A stretch of DNA of 64,000 nucleotides from positions 32,589,989-32,653,988 of the forward strand of contig NC_081373.1 in assembly GCF_030684315.1 (NCBI RefSeq). The letters are read 5' to 3'. This DNA is from Stegostoma tigrinum (lineage: Eukaryota). The position numbers were made by a program, and so were the translations under genes. Below, one piece after another: positions 63,096-64,000 of the stretch. The notes under the pieces are model-generated. The model did not search any database. It had not been told where the DNA came from and saw only the letters and a list, made by a program, of their open reading frames with translations. Each line of letters starts with the position of its first letter. Within the stretch, counting starts at the first letter, position 1.

Positions 63096-63270
63096 GATGT
63101 GAGTTTGCCCGCTTAGCTAGAAGGTCAGTTTTCAGACAAGCTTCGTCGGAGGCTCACTGATGATGTTACCTAGAATGGTGATGAAACGTCTGAAAACTAA
63201 CCTTCCAGCTCAGCGAGCAAACTCACATCCAGAACCTCAACCTGAGCTACAAATCCTCTCAAAACTCGCT
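63096..63270 (+). mobile_element. 175-bp inverted-repeat PLE-like mini-element with 14-bp TSD, inserted in CR1
   Basis: TSD atcccttaataatg at 63082-63095 and 63271-63284. Arms at 63095-63137 and 63188-63230. Confidence 0.88.
63154..63193 (+). ncRNA. Minimal type-I hammerhead ribozyme motif, core intact
   Basis: TCA-CTGATGA-T-GTTACC-tagaat-GGTGAT-GAAAC-GTC^TGA. Stem I TCA/TGA, 6-bp stem II with G-U pairs, palindromic ACGT helix III. Confidence 0.8.
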
Positions 63271-64000
63271 ATCCCTTAATAATGTTATACATCTTAATCA
63301 GATCCCCTCTCAACCTCCTAAACTCAAGTGAATACAAGCCCAGTCGCTCCAATTTTTCAACATATGATAGTCCCGCCTTTCCGGGAATTGATCTCGTGAA
63401 CCTATGCTGTACTCCCTCAATAGCAAGAATGTCCTTCCTGAAATTTGGAAACCAAAACTGCACACGGTAGTCCAGGTGTGGTCTCACCAGGGCCCTGTAC
63501 AGCTGCAGAAGGACCTCTTTGCTCCTATACTCAATTCCTGTTGTTAAGAAGGCCAGCATGTTATTCGCTTTCTTCACATGCTGTACCTTCATGCTTGCTT
63601 TCAATGACTGATGTACAAGAACACCTAGATCTCGTACTTCCCCTTTATCTAACTTGACTCTATTTAGATAGTAATCTGCCTTCCTGTTCTTGCCACTAAA
63701 GTGGACAACCACGCATTTACCCACATTAAACTGCATCTGCCATGCATCCGTCCACTCACCTAGCCTGTCCAAGTCACCCTGTATTCTTTTAATATCCTCC
63801 GCACATTTCACACTGTCACCCAGCTTTGTGTCATCAGCAAATTTGCTAAAATTACTTTTAATGCCTTCATCTGTATCATTAATGTATATTATAAACAGCT
63901 GCAGTCCTAGCATCGAACCTTGTGGTACCCCACTGGTCACCGCCTGCCATTCCGAAAGGCGTCTGTTTATCACTACTCTTTGCTTCCTGTCAACCAGCCA

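Larger units (their letters stand above)
62746..64000 (-). mobile_element. Second CR1 LINE abutting or nested in the previous one, running off the window
   Basis: New 3' end at tagacaataggtgctggagtagg. Contains SGVPQGSMLG, KFADDTK and VRPHLDY (ORF 63269-63973). Confidence 0.92.

Noticed and set aside
1109-63657. Remaining short ORFs of 60-170 aa
   Set aside because: They are either fragments or antisense frames of the listed retroelements, or random intronic frames with no recognisable motif.
52303-64000. Next DOCK1 exon (LWVTLKLLPGD...)
   Set aside because: Not found by eye. gtttgtgggtattgacc near 53811 does not continue in frame, so the exon is probably beyond the window.

Overview
Vertebrate genomic DNA, most likely a shark or ray (inferred from HE1-type V-SINEs, a DeuSINE-like copy and CR1-dominated introns). 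The window lies wholly inside the + strand DOCK1 (DOCK180) gene. I can read eight phase-compatible coding exons: 1867-1963, 8526-8674, 16154-16289, 32503-32660, 42965-43046, 45503-45638, 49241-49313 and 52160/52223-52302. They correspond to roughly human exons 5-12 (numbering from memory). The introns are packed with CR1-type LINEs, including one young 1.77-kb copy with an uninterrupted RT frame, plus a second LINE family, RTE and L2-like fragments, SINEs and Penelope-like elements (PLEs). The most striking signal is about a dozen minimal type-I hammerhead ribozyme motifs (CTGANGA...GAAA...NTH) from at least four sequence families with covarying stems. Several sit in short, ORF-less, asymmetric inverted-repeat cassettes, two of which have clean target-site duplications. 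In one cassette the hairpin apex falls exactly on the predicted self-cleavage site. Other notable items are tandem in-frame acceptors 63 nt apart behind a 183-nt AG-free zone, a LINE family with a tRNA-like head fused to its endonuclease frame, a 38-bp templated insertion, a 27-bp perfect hairpin, ~200-bp inverted repeats and an old ~420-bp duplication. All calls were made by eye without database searches, and repeat boundaries are approximate.
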